From Octopus vulgaris (Eukaryota): a stretch of DNA of 64,000 bases. Position numbers and translations under genes: made by a program. The stretch covers positions 56,668,001-56,732,000 of the forward strand of contig OX597822.1 of assembly GCA_951406725.2 (NCBI GenBank). Reading direction: 5' to 3'. This document shows positions 12,876 to 26,552 of the stretch, piece after piece. The notes beneath the pieces are model-generated. The model was given only the letters and a program-made list of their open reading frames with translations, was not told the origin of the DNA and made no database searches. The first letter of the stretch is position 1, and the number at the start of each line of letters is the position of its first letter.

Positions 12876-14033
12876 TGATTGTAATTACGCTGGAAATTAC
12901 AATCAATGTTAATTTATTGATGCATTTAGGCAGGTCTATGACTGTATTATCAGACAATTCCAAAAAAATGCTTTAAAAATTTCAAAGCTCTGCAAAAATC
13001 CGGTACAAATTCTTCATAGTTCCAAACGTTGCTTATTTTTTTACATAACCTGATACACACACACACACACACACACATATTAATAATATATATACACGAC
13101 AGGCTTCAATGTGTTTCCGTCTACCAAATCCACTCACAAGGCTTTGGTCAGCCCGGAGCTCTAGCAGAAGACGTTTGTCCAAGGTACCACACGGTGGAAC
13201 TGAACCGGGAACCATGCGGTTAGGAAGCAAGCTTCTTACCACACAGCCACGCCGATGCAACATCCTGCCCGTGAAATTAAGGTGCAAGTAGCTGAGCACT
13301 CCGCAAACGCGTACACTTAACATAGTTCTCAGGGTAATTCAGCGTGACGCAGAATGAAACAAAGTTAGCACTTTGAAATACGGGTACTACTCATTGATAC
13401 CAGCTGAATGTACTAGAGTAACATGAAATAAAGTGTCTTGCTCAAGGATGCAATGTACTGCCGGTATTCGAATTCACGACGCAATGGTCTGGAGCAAAAT
13501 ATTCTAGACAGTCGCGCGCAAACAAACAAACATCGACTTGGTCGTATGGTTAAGAAATTCGTTTTCCAACAACATGGTTCTTGGTTCAGTCCAACTGCGT
13601 GGTACTTCAAGCAAGTGTCTGCAACTATAACCTCTGGCTGAGAAAACAATCGTGAGTGAATTTGGTTGACAGAACTCGTAGGGAAGCTTTTCGTGCGTGT
13701 GTGTGTATGCGTGTGTGTGTGTGTATGTGTGCGTGCATGTGTGCTTATTGTTTACGTTGGTGCCGTTTATTCTTTTACTGTTCTAACAGACGATACCTTT
13801 TGGATGTACTTTCATAAATGAACTTTCGATTCTACTCACGGTCAATCACTCTCTGTGTATATATATATATGAGCATGCGTGCGTGATCACCAGCCGAACC
13901 ATCTATCTTTACCCATATATATATATATACTTTATTTAAAAGCAGCAGAAATTCAACAAAACCTGTTACTCGGAGTTTAGATAGATATATAAATAGATAT
14001 ACATATATATATAATTACATACATATATGTATG

Positions 14034-14180
14034 CTGTGTGGTAAGTAGCTTGCTAACCAACCACATGGTTGCGGGTTCAGTCCCACTGCGTGGCATCTTG
14101 GGCAAGTATCTTCTGCTATAGCCCCGGGCCGACCAATACCTTGTGAGTGGATTTGGTAGACGGAAACTGAAAGAAGCCTG

Positions 14181-14264
<84 letters not shown>

Positions 14265-14473
14265 TTGTGTGTCTGTGTTTGTCCCCTAGCATTGCTTGAC
14301 AACCGATGCTGGTGTGTTTACGTCCCCGTCACTTAGCGGTTAGGCAAAAGAGACCGATAGAATATGTACTGGGCTTACAAAGAATAAGTCCCGGGAGCGA
14401 TTTGCTCGACTAAAGGCGGTGCTCCAGCATGGTCGCAGTCAAATGACTGAAACAAGTAAAAGAGTAAAGAGTA
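14034..14473 (+). mobile_element. Composite tRNA-derived SINE (same family as 787-1197)
   Basis: Near-identical to the other copies; internal (TA)n(TG)n; AGTAAAAG tail. Confidence 0.85.
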
Positions 14474-14712
14474 ATATATGTGTGTATGAATATATATACA
14501 TATATATGTGTATGTATATATATCTATGTGTGTATATATATATATATATGTGTGTGTGTGTACAAACTGAGGCGATGGCGGCGTGGATTTGCACCTCGGC
14601 ATCCGAAACTCGGAGTTTTATCATGGCTACCGAATAATTGTCACATATTACATAAACAGATAAATTCCTCTACTTACATAATATCGAGGTCTCTTACTTT
14701 TGTTATCTTACC

Positions 14713-14752
<40 letters not shown>

Positions 14753-15148
14753 GCATGTATGTATGTGTGTGTATGTGTGTGTTTCTATGCTATAGAAAGA
14801 TAAGTATACTGGGGACACACACATACACACACACACATTGGCCTTCAAACTTTCAGCCTGTCTTCCTCACTATTTTTTCTCGTTGCGTATCTCCCTCTCT
14901 CTTTTCTCTAGTCCAGCCATCTGTCTATGTATCCGTCTATTTATCTGTCTATATATTTGTTTTTGTATACTGATGTGGTGGAAGGCTACCCTATTATGCA
15001 TGTTTCTATCTCTTTCTTCTCGCCTCCCCCCCCACCGTCTTGCCTTTGTTTCTTTGCTTCTCTTACATTTCTCCACACTTGCCTCCAATTCGTCTCTCTG
15101 TCTATTTCTCAACCCTCACCTGATATTTTTTCAATCTTTCCCTCACCC

Positions 15149-15227
<79 letters not shown>

Positions 15228-15373
15228 TTATTCTCTCTCTCCCTTTCCTTTCCTCTCTCTCTTCATCATATACTCCCTGCCTGTACTTGCAGCATTAACT
15301 TCTAACTTCACGTTCTTTTTCATTTACTTACACTTATACTTTCTTTTCTATTTTCTGTACACTGTATCCTGTA

Positions 15374-15414
<41 letters not shown>

Positions 15415-15437
15415 CTATCTATCTATCCATTTACCCA

Positions 15438-15469
<32 letters not shown>

Positions 15470-15585
15470 CATGCACACATCTTCATATACATATACCCAC
15501 ACACACACACATATACGTATATATCCTAACACTCCTTATCTTCACTTCACTTTCCGCCAGCCATTTCTCTTTCTCTCTTTCTCTC

Positions 15586-15630
<45 letters not shown>

Positions 15631-16120
15631 ATCACTCGCAGATCATCATTCCGTTATTCATTATCACTCTGTTCCTTACTCCTCTCTTTCACCATCTCCC
15701 CTCACACCCATTCTGTTTCTCCTCCTAACCATTCCTAACTCTTCCTCTCCTTCCGCTCCCTTCTCAACATTTCCTCATTTCTCTCTTCTCCCCCTTCTCT
15801 CTCCCCTCCCTCTCTGTCTCTCTCTCTGAACTGAACTGATGCATCACTCTTATATTCTTTACCTCTCGTTCTCTTCTTTACTCAACACTCATCCTCTCTC
15901 TTCATCATTCTATAACATTTCTTTTTCCTCCCACTAAACTATAGTCCTTTCACTTCTTATAGACACGTGCATTCTGGTTCCCTCTCTCCCTCCCTCGCTC
16001 ACATGTTCACTTATTCTCTACCTCACAGACAACCCCGCCTCCATGCCGCTTCTACTATAAAGATTCCTACTATAAAGGTTTTTGTCATTATACCAAATAT
16101 ATATATATATATATATATTC

Positions 16121-16152
<32 letters not shown>

Positions 16153-16334
16153 ATTCATATGAATTTGTCTTCCCTATACAGTTGAAGCATTTTGTTTATT
16201 ACTGGGAGTACTGAATGCGTGGGTACTGCATGAAAAACAAGGTAAAAATCTACCTATTTATCTATCTATATGTACAGTCATGCCAAAGCACGAAACTGTC
16301 GGAACTTGAGTCAGTCTATTACTTCTGCTAGATA

Positions 16335-16369
<35 letters not shown>

Positions 16370-16370
16370 T

Positions 16371-16491
<121 letters not shown>

Positions 16492-17065
16492 GTGTGTGTA
16501 TGTATCCTTCTTTTTACCTATTTTTCTTTACATACACATATATTTAATACATATACACATACATACACACACGCACGCACGCACGCACATGGGTGGGTTT
16601 GTGCGCACATGTACATTTGAAAATACTATATATGAAATTATGTTTATATTCTAAATTTTCTAACATCATGCACATTGTTACATGTATCAAAAATATTTAA
16701 AATTTGTATACTGTTATACGAAACATCTGATCATATATATGTATATGTTTGTGTGTATTGAGAGAATGAGAGAGAGAGAGAGAAAGAAAACGAGTTTACT
16801 GTTCTGTTCAGTTAAGATCAACAAAAAGGTATTCCATCCAGTTAGAGGTAAATGTCATTTAATGTACACAGTATAAAGGCAGAAGCTATTATTTGTTTCA
16901 TGTATTGGAGGCGCGAGTCTAGGCTGATCTATAACACGAGGTGTGTTATAAAAACCTGCCTAGATTCGCGTTTCAAATGCACAAAATAATCAGGAGCTCG
17001 TATCTTTATACTGTGTGCATTAAGTGATGCATACATACATACATACATACGTACATACATATATT

Positions 17066-18165
17066 TTCGGTCATCCCATAAAAATGCATCTTTTCCTTCT
17101 TTTAATTTTTCAAAATTTAGATAAACAAAGTTCTTTCTTAAGTTAAACTATGCTATCCTTCATTTTCTACAATGCTATTCCATCTATTTGGTAGCCTCTC
17201 TTCAAAAATTCACTTCTCCGTGACGAAAATACTACTCCTGTACTGTTCTGATCTCGTCTACAGAATTCATATTTTCCGTACAAATGATTTTGAAGACGGC
17301 AGAATAAATGATAATCACAAGGAACAATATCCGGCGAATGTTGTGGGTGGGGCATCGTTTCCCATTCAAACTGCTCCAGTCTTTATAATGTCATCCTCGC
17401 TGTATGTGACCAAGCATTATCCTGATAGAAGAACACCTTCCGTCTTGAAACCGAAGATGGTCCTTTTTCTTCTATCGCTGACTTAAGCCGCCAAGATTCT
17501 CGCAGTAGATCTCCTTTATTATCATTTGGTTTAAGTTTAAAAGTTCAAAGTGGACTAAACCTTTCATATCCCACCAAACAGATAACAACACCCTACGTAG
17601 ATGAATAACTTCTTTAGCTTGTTTCTCCTTTCCTTGCCTACTGTCTTCGGCGCTTGACATGTTTATATAGAACCCATTTCTCGTCAGCAGTCACTTATTC
17701 GGTCCAAAAAGGTTCATTCATGAGACATGACATCAAAGAAGTGTACACATTCACTCTCTGCTTGTGGTTAGACTCGGAAAGTTTGTGAGGAATCCATTGA
17801 CTCAATTTGCTAACTTTTCCGATGACCAAATCTAAGCTTCTCTCCAAGTTCTTCAACAGCTACGATGGGATTTTATTCCACCAGGGTTTTCAGGACGTCC
17901 TCGTCGAGCTCTACAGATCTTCCAGGACGAAGCTCGTCTTCTAGGCTATAGTTTCCGGTTCGGAATTTTCTAGAAATTCCGTTGACACTGGATTTCTCTT
18001 ATTGTCCGATCCCCATATACTGCATTAGTATTCTTCGCACTTTCCGTTTCGTTGTTGCCGCTATTGAACTCATAAAGTAAGATACGGCGAATATGCTCCT
18101 TTGTCCCTTTTCCATTAAAGCTTTGAAAAAGTAACTGTTAAAACTGAATTGCACTCTTCAAAACA
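17066..18165 (-). mobile_element. Mariner element, decayed (same family as 58642-59910)
   Basis: LLSVWWDMKGLVHFELL and PHPQHSPDIVPCDYHLF motifs; colinear with the 58.6-59.9 kb copy. Confidence 0.85.
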
Positions 18166-19170
18166 GTATTGCTAATTGAAATGTAGCATTGATACTAGCA
18201 GGGACTGCCCAAATTCTTCTTACCTTCACCATAGCATGCTCTTTCTCTTCGTCATTTCCGCAATAGACGTTTGCTCTTGACAGCCTTTCGTGACTGCCTC
18301 AGCAAGTTAGCACAATACTTTCCATTGAAGATGTAACTCTTTGGAAGATAGTTTTGGGGGATGCAAGATGCATCGTGTTTATACACGATGCTTTTTGCAT
18401 CCCCCAAAAACTGAGACCATCACCATCCCTGCAGATGAAACAACCTTGGCTTGCTCTGGAGCAAGTGAGGAGAGGTATTTCCACTGCATAGATTGTATCT
18501 TTGTCTGTTGCTCAAAGTAATGAAGCCGTCACTCATCCTGAGTCACGAAACCTTTGAAGTGTACCAGCTGGGTCTGCCTGAAACAATGTCAGATTTTCCT
18601 GTGAGGTCATCAGCATGGTGCCGTTTTTGATCAGATATCAGACGACATGGAGCCCACCGAGCAGAAACCTTCGTCATACCAAGTTGATTGTGTAGAATAT
18701 TCTCAACTATCTTACGGAATACGCTAATAGCATTTGCTGTTTAATTTGTAATCAATCGCCTATCATCCGCCACTCTGTGGCGAACACGTTCAGTTTTCCT
18801 CGGTGGTAGCAGTTGCAGGACGTCCAGATGTTGGGTCATCTTCTAGATTCTCCCTTTCCATTTTAAACTGAGCTACCCTTTTTTGCACTGTTGAAAAATC
18901 TGGACTGTCATCCATCCAAAAAGTAGAAAGCATGTCAGCATAAATGGCCTTTTCTGCAGGTACTTAATAACATGACGATGCCAGATTTTGTCCATTTTCG
19001 AGAGAAGTTGCTACTAGTTACATTTGAAGTCTTTGAACAGTCAGATATCAATTTACCCGGAAAGAAACAATGCAGTTATTAAGAAGGAGATCTGAGATTA
19101 ATGCATGCAAGATTTCACAGCTCCAGCATCGCAACTTCATAGTCAGCCTATGAAGTTTTCAGCCTCCCAT
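18166..19170 (-). mobile_element. 5' portion of another, more decayed mariner-family element
   Basis: Minus strand contains FVTQDE (VTGDETW-like) and FWGMQK/VFWD-like remnants; heavily mutated. Confidence 0.55.
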
Positions 19171-19257
19171 CACCACGTATATTTGATCACTGTAAACCAA
19201 ACATTTTTATTGTTTAGTAAGAAACAGCAGAACCCTTTCTCAAAACATGTGAGACTA

Positions 19258-19316
<59 letters not shown>

Positions 19317-19470
19317 ATATATAGTGGACATTTTGCCAGTTTAGCCCATAAAAACACACGCACTATATATTTGGTGTTATTGGCTAAACTGGCAAAATGA
19401 CCATTCCTAAATACAACAATATCTGTTTCAACACACGATTTCACATAAAAAATCTTGCAATATATATATA

Positions 19471-19556
<86 letters not shown>

Positions 19557-19643
19557 TATTAGAGACAAAACCACTATTTTGCAAAACAAACAAGGAAAGA
19601 CTTAATCAATACATAAAATTTTAATAAATAGTCAAAAAAACCG

Positions 19644-19686
19644 CCACTACAATCGTTTCTTGTCTTGATCGACAATCTTCAGGTGG
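19644..19686 (-). ncRNA. Minimal hammerhead ribozyme motif (left palindrome arm)
   Basis: Mirror image of 19731-19773. Confidence 0.75.
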
Positions 19687-19730
19687 ACTTCAATAAGTCA
19701 GTTTCAAATTTGAAACTGACTTATTGAAGT

Positions 19731-19773
19731 CCACCTGAAGATTGTCGATCAAGACAAGAAACGATTGTAGTGG
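19731..19773 (+). ncRNA. Minimal hammerhead ribozyme motif (right palindrome arm)
   Basis: CCAC-CUGAAGA-UUGUC(GAUCAA)GACAA-GAAAC-GAUU-GUA-GUGG. Confidence 0.75.
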
Positions 19774-19952
19774 CGGTTTTTTTGACTATTTATTAAAATT
19801 TTATGTATTGATTAAGTCTTTCCTTGTTTGTTTTGCAAAATAGTGGTTTTGTCTCTAATAATATTTTATAATATTTTACTATAAAATTGGATTTAATCCT
19901 AAATCTGATTTTTTCCCCTGTAAATTTGGATTTATTCCCTAATATTTATTAT

Positions 19953-19989
<37 letters not shown>

Positions 19990-20826
19990 GTATATTATGT
20001 CGGGATGGCCATTTTTTTTTGCCAAATAAACACACGCACTATATATTCGTTCTTCACTCGTTTATTACTGTTCTTATTTTATCTTATGTCTATAGTCCGG
20101 AAATCTTTCGTCACACATCTGCGACCTCTACATCGACCTTCTCCGTCCACGCGTGTCTTCCTGCTCCATTTAATCTTATGTGTGTGTGTCCGTTGCGGTT
20201 TGAAAATGCACCTGAATTTCAAAAACGTGCCGTAGTTTTTAAAGAGATTTATTTACATGCATACCAAACTAGTTTCAACAATATTTTGTATATGAACGGT
20301 ACAAATATATATAAAACAACCGTGGTTTAACAGAGTTAAGAAGTACGGACAAACATGTTTCAGCGATCAAATGGTCAACTGTTCACATACATTTCAATGA
20401 GTTTCACCGATAATATCAGTAAATGTAGAGCGTAGATTGTAACAAATGTACATGATTGAAAGTTCGGTTATGTTGTTTTAAGTTTTTATAGAATGCGTGG
20501 ATAAGAAAAAGAAGAAGGTTTTTTTTTCCTTTTACAATTTCTGTCGCGTTGCGCGTCGTTCATTTTTCTTCGCGTGGTGGTACTTTCTCTTGCCTTGCTG
20601 AAAAGCGAAGAGACCAGTACATGAAGAAAATGTATATGTATGTTAATTTTAATACAATATAATAAAGAATTAATCAATTAATACAATATCCAAAAACATT
20701 AACCAAATAAAGTTGACAACAGTTTCATATAAGGTCAAACTTCCCTCAGCAGAAAGTTGGTTCAAACAATAGACGAATAAACGGACATCATACATACATA
20801 CATACATACATACATACATACATACA

Positions 20827-20858
<32 letters not shown>

Positions 20859-21421
20859 CACGTACATACATACATACATACACACACACATAAATACACA
20901 CACATACATGCACACAGAGACACAGATACATACGGAATATTAATATGTAAAATACGAAAATTTGAAACCAAAAACATAAATCTTAGTGAGGAAATTTCAG
21001 TTTCAAAGTATATTTTTTTTGCTATTTCGAGATATATTCCCGTTTTTTTTCTTTTTTTTGCGAGAGGTAGGGACATTGTTGCTCTTTAATGTGTATTTTG
21101 TAGAATTTTTCTTTTAGTTCTGTTTTCAATTATTTTAATTACGTTACTTATACTTTCATTGTATTTTTACTCTATTTCTATTATCCTCTCACTATCTATT
21201 CGGTTATATCTGTTATCAGATTTTCTATGAAGTAATCCATTATGAATCACTCAAATTTAATCAGTCAGGTGATTGATATGTGACTGCTGCTTTCTCTTCT
21301 CTTTACTTCTCTTTCTTTTCCTCTATCTCTCCGTAAATACACACACACATACGCACTCACGCACACACACAGCCACACACACAGCCACACACACATACAC
21401 ACACACACAGCCACACACATA

Positions 21422-22010
21422 CAGGATGCGGTGAATAAATTGTTGTCTAGATTACACAAAAATTAAAATAACACTGACATCTTATTTCGATAGACATATT
21501 TACCAAAATTACAAAAAAGTATCTTGAAACACTAAACAGCACATTTATTCAATGAAATCGCCATTTGTTTCAACCATGGACTCTCCTGCAACTCTTGTGG
21601 ACGGTCCCCTTGTTTAAGATAGTCAATGCTGCCATAATGCTTACCTTCGGTTCATCTTTGGTGTTACAAGGAGTTTTGTTGATCTCTCTCCCTCAACAAC
21701 GCCCACCACATAATAATCAAGGGGATTGTATTCTGAGGAGTTAGGTAACCAGATGTTAGGAGAGATGTGTTCGCAGAAATTGCTTGACAGCCATGGCTGG
21801 GTTCTCTCCTTGACTTCGTAATAACTCCGAGTTGACAGCATGTCGCTTCCAAATTTCTGGTAGAATGAATTGCGTCATGGTGCTGTTTTTCTCACAGATG
21901 ATGCCCAACTGACCCCACTATACTGTGTAGTCAACAAATCGAGAACAATCAATGCGCATACACGAAATTAAAAATATAAAATGGCGACAATTTACCCATC
22001 TTACCCACTG
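21422..22010 (-). mobile_element. Internally deleted Tc1/mariner-superfamily element
   Basis: WLPNSSEYNPLDYYVVG (WPPxSPDLNPLD-like) motif; loose CAG...CTG terminal inverted repeats. Confidence 0.6.
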
Positions 22011-22069
22011 TGTGTGTATGCATATGTGTGCATGTATATGCATATGTGTGTGTGTGAATGTGTGTGTGT

Positions 22070-23080
22070 GTATCACAGTACTACAGCATCAAGGTATCGA
22101 CCAGACCATCAAATGCAGTTATGCATCGCAGGTCACAATGCACTTCCAATTTTGTCTTAATTGCGCCATTCTTTTCCATCTTGACCCATATTGCTTGACT
22201 AAATCGTCTTCTGTCGTCAAGCGGCTTTTTCTGACCTCTAGGACTCGGCAACGACAAGGGTCAACATGCTGTCTGTGAATCTTGCAGCATATCCGGCCCA
22301 GCAGAAGTTCTACTTTCGATACTCTGCGATTATATTGTTCCCTCCACTCCGTTCTCTTTGTATAATTCCTATCAAAGATCTTTCTATGGCCTCTTGAGTC
22401 ATAGCCAATTTATATTCTGTTCTCTTCGTAGTAACCCACGTCTTTCTTGTGTATGATAGCGGAGGTAGGACGGTGATAATATAGAGTCTGGCAAGTAAGT
22501 CATTACCTAGCTTTGTTTGAAGCTCATCCTTTATTGAGTTGAAGGCCTTTCATCCTGTCCTTAATCTTTTTGAGATTTTAGCATCCATATCTCGGTGCAT
22601 ATTCACTGTGTGCTTTAAGTAGAGGTGCTCCTATACCTCCTCGATTTCATAGCTTCCCAAGGCAGCAAGCTGGCAGAATCGTTAGCACCGGGCGAAATGC
22701 TCAGCGGTATTTCACCCGTCGCTAAGTCCTGAGTGCAAGTTCCGTCGAGGTCGACTTTGCTTTTCATCCTTTTGGGATCGATAAATTAACTATCAGTAAA
22801 ATATCGGGCTCGTTGTGATCAACTGTCCCTTCATCACAAAACTCCAGGCCTAGTGCATATAGTAGAAAGGATTTCATCGCTTCCCACCTCTATTTGGTCT
22901 TGGGCTGCGTCTTCCGACCGCACATATTTTGTTTTCATGCCTTTCATTTTAAGAACTACAGTTAAGCTCAGAGTGTACAATTCTGTCAGCATGGTCCGCA
23001 TCTGAGCTGTGGTTTCAGCAATGAATAAACGTCATCTGCGAATCAAAGCTGTGTTAGTTGCTTGCGTAAAACATGACTCT
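22070..23080 (-). mobile_element. RTE-like LINE 3' fragment, interrupted by a SINE at about 22660-22870
   Basis: Minus strand has an FADD RT motif near 23030-23043 and a WAGYAARF C-terminal motif near 22280; degenerate. Confidence 0.6.
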
Positions 23081-25106
23081 TTGATGGAGCACAATCCGAT
23101 TTGGTTCAATATGTGATTGAAGTCATCACACTTAAATTAAACGTCTAAAGTTGTTGAAAAAGAAATAAGTATTATAAAAGTCCGCTCAACAGCTTTGTTA
23201 ATTTAGAGTATTGGGAAAGAAGGCTCTAAACCTAAACCAATGAGGTATGGAATTAAATGCTGGAATATTTAGTGTCTCCCTCACTATTGTTACTTAATCT
23301 GTTATTGTCATGTGGAAATAAGGTCATCAAAACGCAAGATTTGGCAAAATTTTGATTGTGAAACCTTGGAGCAGTAAATTAGTTCTCGATGTGTTCGGTC
23401 CGACATCCTTAACTTTTAACCAAATCTCTTGTTTATGGAACAACATATATGAGTTTTTTTGTTTTTTTTTTGCTTTTTTTGCTTTGTTTTTGTTTTGTTT
23501 TTGTTTTTTTTTTGTTTTTTGTGGTGGGGTTAAGTAAATAGAACTAGGAAAGCAAGGACATGTTCAACTATAAAAAGTACAGTTTCTTTTTTTTAATTTC
23601 TAGGCTATTAGAAAATGTCAAACCACTTTTCAGGCACTTTGTAATGGAAAAAAATACAAAAAGATCGGAATGTCAACAGAGCAGGATCTCGTTCCTCCTT
23701 CTCTATTTAGTCACCCATAAGTTTTATTACATCTCCTTTTTTTTTTTTATCTTCTGGTTAAATGGTCGCTTTTCTTTCCGTCATTGTTTTTAACCTACTT
23801 TTATTGTCAACTACCAATTATAAGAGGGTGGAGGGCGCTAAACTAGCGCAGTCTTTGAGACCATCGAATAACATTCTTTGCGTGATTTGTTCCACTTTTT
23901 TTTTTTAGGTTCTGAGTTTAAATCCCGTTAAGCTAAAGTTTGCCTTTCATCCTTTCAAGGAGAATAAAAATTAAGCGCCAGTCAATTAATTAAGCTGAAG
24001 TCGATTTAATCTACTGTTCTTCTCTCCTCCACAAAATGAGAAGTTTTTTTGTGTAGATAAGATACTGATAGTAAAAAGATTATACAGAATAGGAAAAAAA
24101 AAACAGAACACGAGTTAAATAAATAAACATAATAAAGAAACTGTTTTCTTGTTTTTATGTATGTAACTTTAGACGGTGTCCGTATTCATGATGTCAATAG
24201 TACTTATGCACTTTACCATACCACAACCAGCAACTTTTGTGAATTGCCATTTTATGTTGTACCGAGTGTATTAAATTATTGTATGAAACGTTTACAAGCA
24301 GGGCCATGATCAAAAAGATTCCAGCCATAAGCATCTGGCCTTCTTTCAGAAATAGTATTGCTAAAACAACATTATCCAGTTTTAAGAGAAAAATCTAGCT
24401 GCTTTTTCTAGTAGATTGAGATGTTTCTGTGTGTCCTTCTCACTTAATAATCCTGTGTTGAAATCCGTGTCGATTTCCAACAGATGGTAAATAGTTCGGA
24501 TATACATCTAAATGCAACAACCAGACACAGTGACGCAAAAATTGACAAAAATTAGAGCTAAGGGAATGAGGGACAGAGAGAGGGGGAGAGATAGAGAGAC
24601 AAGGAGAGTGGAAAATTGTGTGTGGGTGTGTGTATCTGTGTTTTTGAGAGAGATCGAATCAGCGAGTGAGTGAGTGAGAGTGAGTGAGTATGTGAGTGAG
24701 TGAGTGAGTGAGTGAGTGAGTGAGTGAGCGAGTGAGAGTGAGTGAGTATGTGAGTGAGTGAGTGAGCAAAGTAGCGACACAGAAAGATTAATAGAAAGAC
24801 AATTCTTAGGAAAGGTAGAAAGAACAGATGAAAAACACCAAGATGATGGACCTACCTTTTTTGTTTTTTGCTCCTTCCTTTTCGCAGCACTTTCAATATT
24901 TCCTTTTCCATCTTATTAGTTATATTTGTCTCCTCTTTTCCCACCCACTCATATCCACCCATTTTTAACAACTTCCTAGATTAGGTTCCAGATCAAATCT
25001 CTATCTTATCTTTCACAGTCTTATTTAAACATATCCATACAACCATTTATACGCCATTGACCAAAGGATATGCGAAAACCATATATGCATTTATATATAT
25101 ATATAT

Positions 25107-25302
25107 ACTCTTTTACTCTTTTACTTGTTTCAGTCATTTGACTGCGGCCATGCTGGAGTACCGCCTTTAGTCGAGCAAATCGACCCCGGGACTTATTCTT
25201 TGTAAGCCCAGTACTTATTCTATCGGTTTCTTTTGCCGAACCGCTATGTTGTCAAGCAATGCTAGGGGGACAAACACAGACACACAAACATATATACACA
25301 CT

Positions 25303-25336
<34 letters not shown>

Positions 25337-25502
25337 TACGACGTGCTTCTTTCAGTTTCCCTCTACCAAATCCACTCACAAGGCATTGGTCGGCCCGGGG
25401 CTATAGCCGAAGACACTTGCCCAAGGTGCCACGCAGTGGGACTGAACCCGGAACCATGTGTTTGGTTAGCAAGCTACTTACCACACAGTCACTCCTGCGC
25501 CT
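25107..25502 (-). mobile_element. Composite tRNA-derived SINE (same family as 787-1197)
   Basis: Near-identical to the other copies, with a small internal deletion. Confidence 0.85.
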
Positions 25503-25600
25503 ATATATATATATATATTGAAGAATGAAGGCTCTGAATTACTGTCCGTTTTTCCGTGTTTGACAATTCGTGAATTTCACGTTCTTTATATATAAGCTTT

Positions 25601-25634
<34 letters not shown>

Positions 25635-25725
25635 AACACAAACACACACACACACAACTTAATATTCTCTCCAAAATAAAGGAAGTTCGTAGTAATTTTA
25701 TTTCAAGTGTCATTTGAAATATATA

Positions 25726-25771
<46 letters not shown>

Positions 25772-26492
25772 CGTCTATGAGGATTAATTAATACAGTTTT
25801 TTAAGTATAATGGGGATATTTTTATTTTCTAAAAATATGTTATGAAATCTTTTATGAGGATGTTACTAACCTTCTTTTGGAAAGAAGTTTTCTTCTAGTG
25901 TGTGAGCACTTTCGTTAAACCACTTCAAATACACTTGCTCTTAAAGATGAAGTTCTTATTTTTGTGGTAGTGGTAGTATTATTTCTGGTTTATTTTCGGA
26001 CTTTTGATATCATCGCACGCTAATATAGAAAGCCCCACAACTTTATCCTTCAGAGAAAGAAAACAGACCAACGAACAACAGCGCTATGTATACCTGCACC
26101 CCCAGTAAAAGTTATACATATGACACCACTATACATACCATAAACCCCCAAACCACACCCCCATCCCCACAGGGACGCTACATTATTAATACAAACTTTC
26201 CCCACTTCAAGATAACTCTGGCCGTCTTCACAACAAACCTAGCCAAAGGATATAACACCTAGCCAAATACCCTGGCTCATTTTTCATTTCACTTTTTGGC
26301 GGCAGACGCTGAGATGTTGTGCTAATCCACGTCCGGCAGTGAAGAGCAGTCGCCATATTCCCTTCCGTATCGGCTACTTCTGATGAGCATAATTATATAA
26401 TTGGATTGTTACCTAACAATCCATGTTTTTTTTTTGCGCGAAACTGATTGGTAAGACCAACCGTGATGGATACTTAATACAATAAAATTCGG

Positions 26493-26552
<60 letters not shown>

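Larger units (their letters stand above)
9330..13053 (-). mobile_element. Mariner DNA transposon (decayed) carrying two nested retroelement insertions in its 5' UTR
   Basis: Imperfect TIRs TCAGGCAGAATAAAAAGTAAGCAACGTTTTG (9330) and CAAACGTTGCTTATTTTTTTACATAACCTGA (ending 13053), each flanked by TA; transposase remnants lie between them. Confidence 0.8.
19547..19870. repeat. Perfect spacer-less palindrome, 162-bp arms, centre 19708/19709
   Basis: Arms are exact reverse complements by inspection; flanked by (TA)n on the left and the element tail plus (TA)n on the right. Confidence 0.95.
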
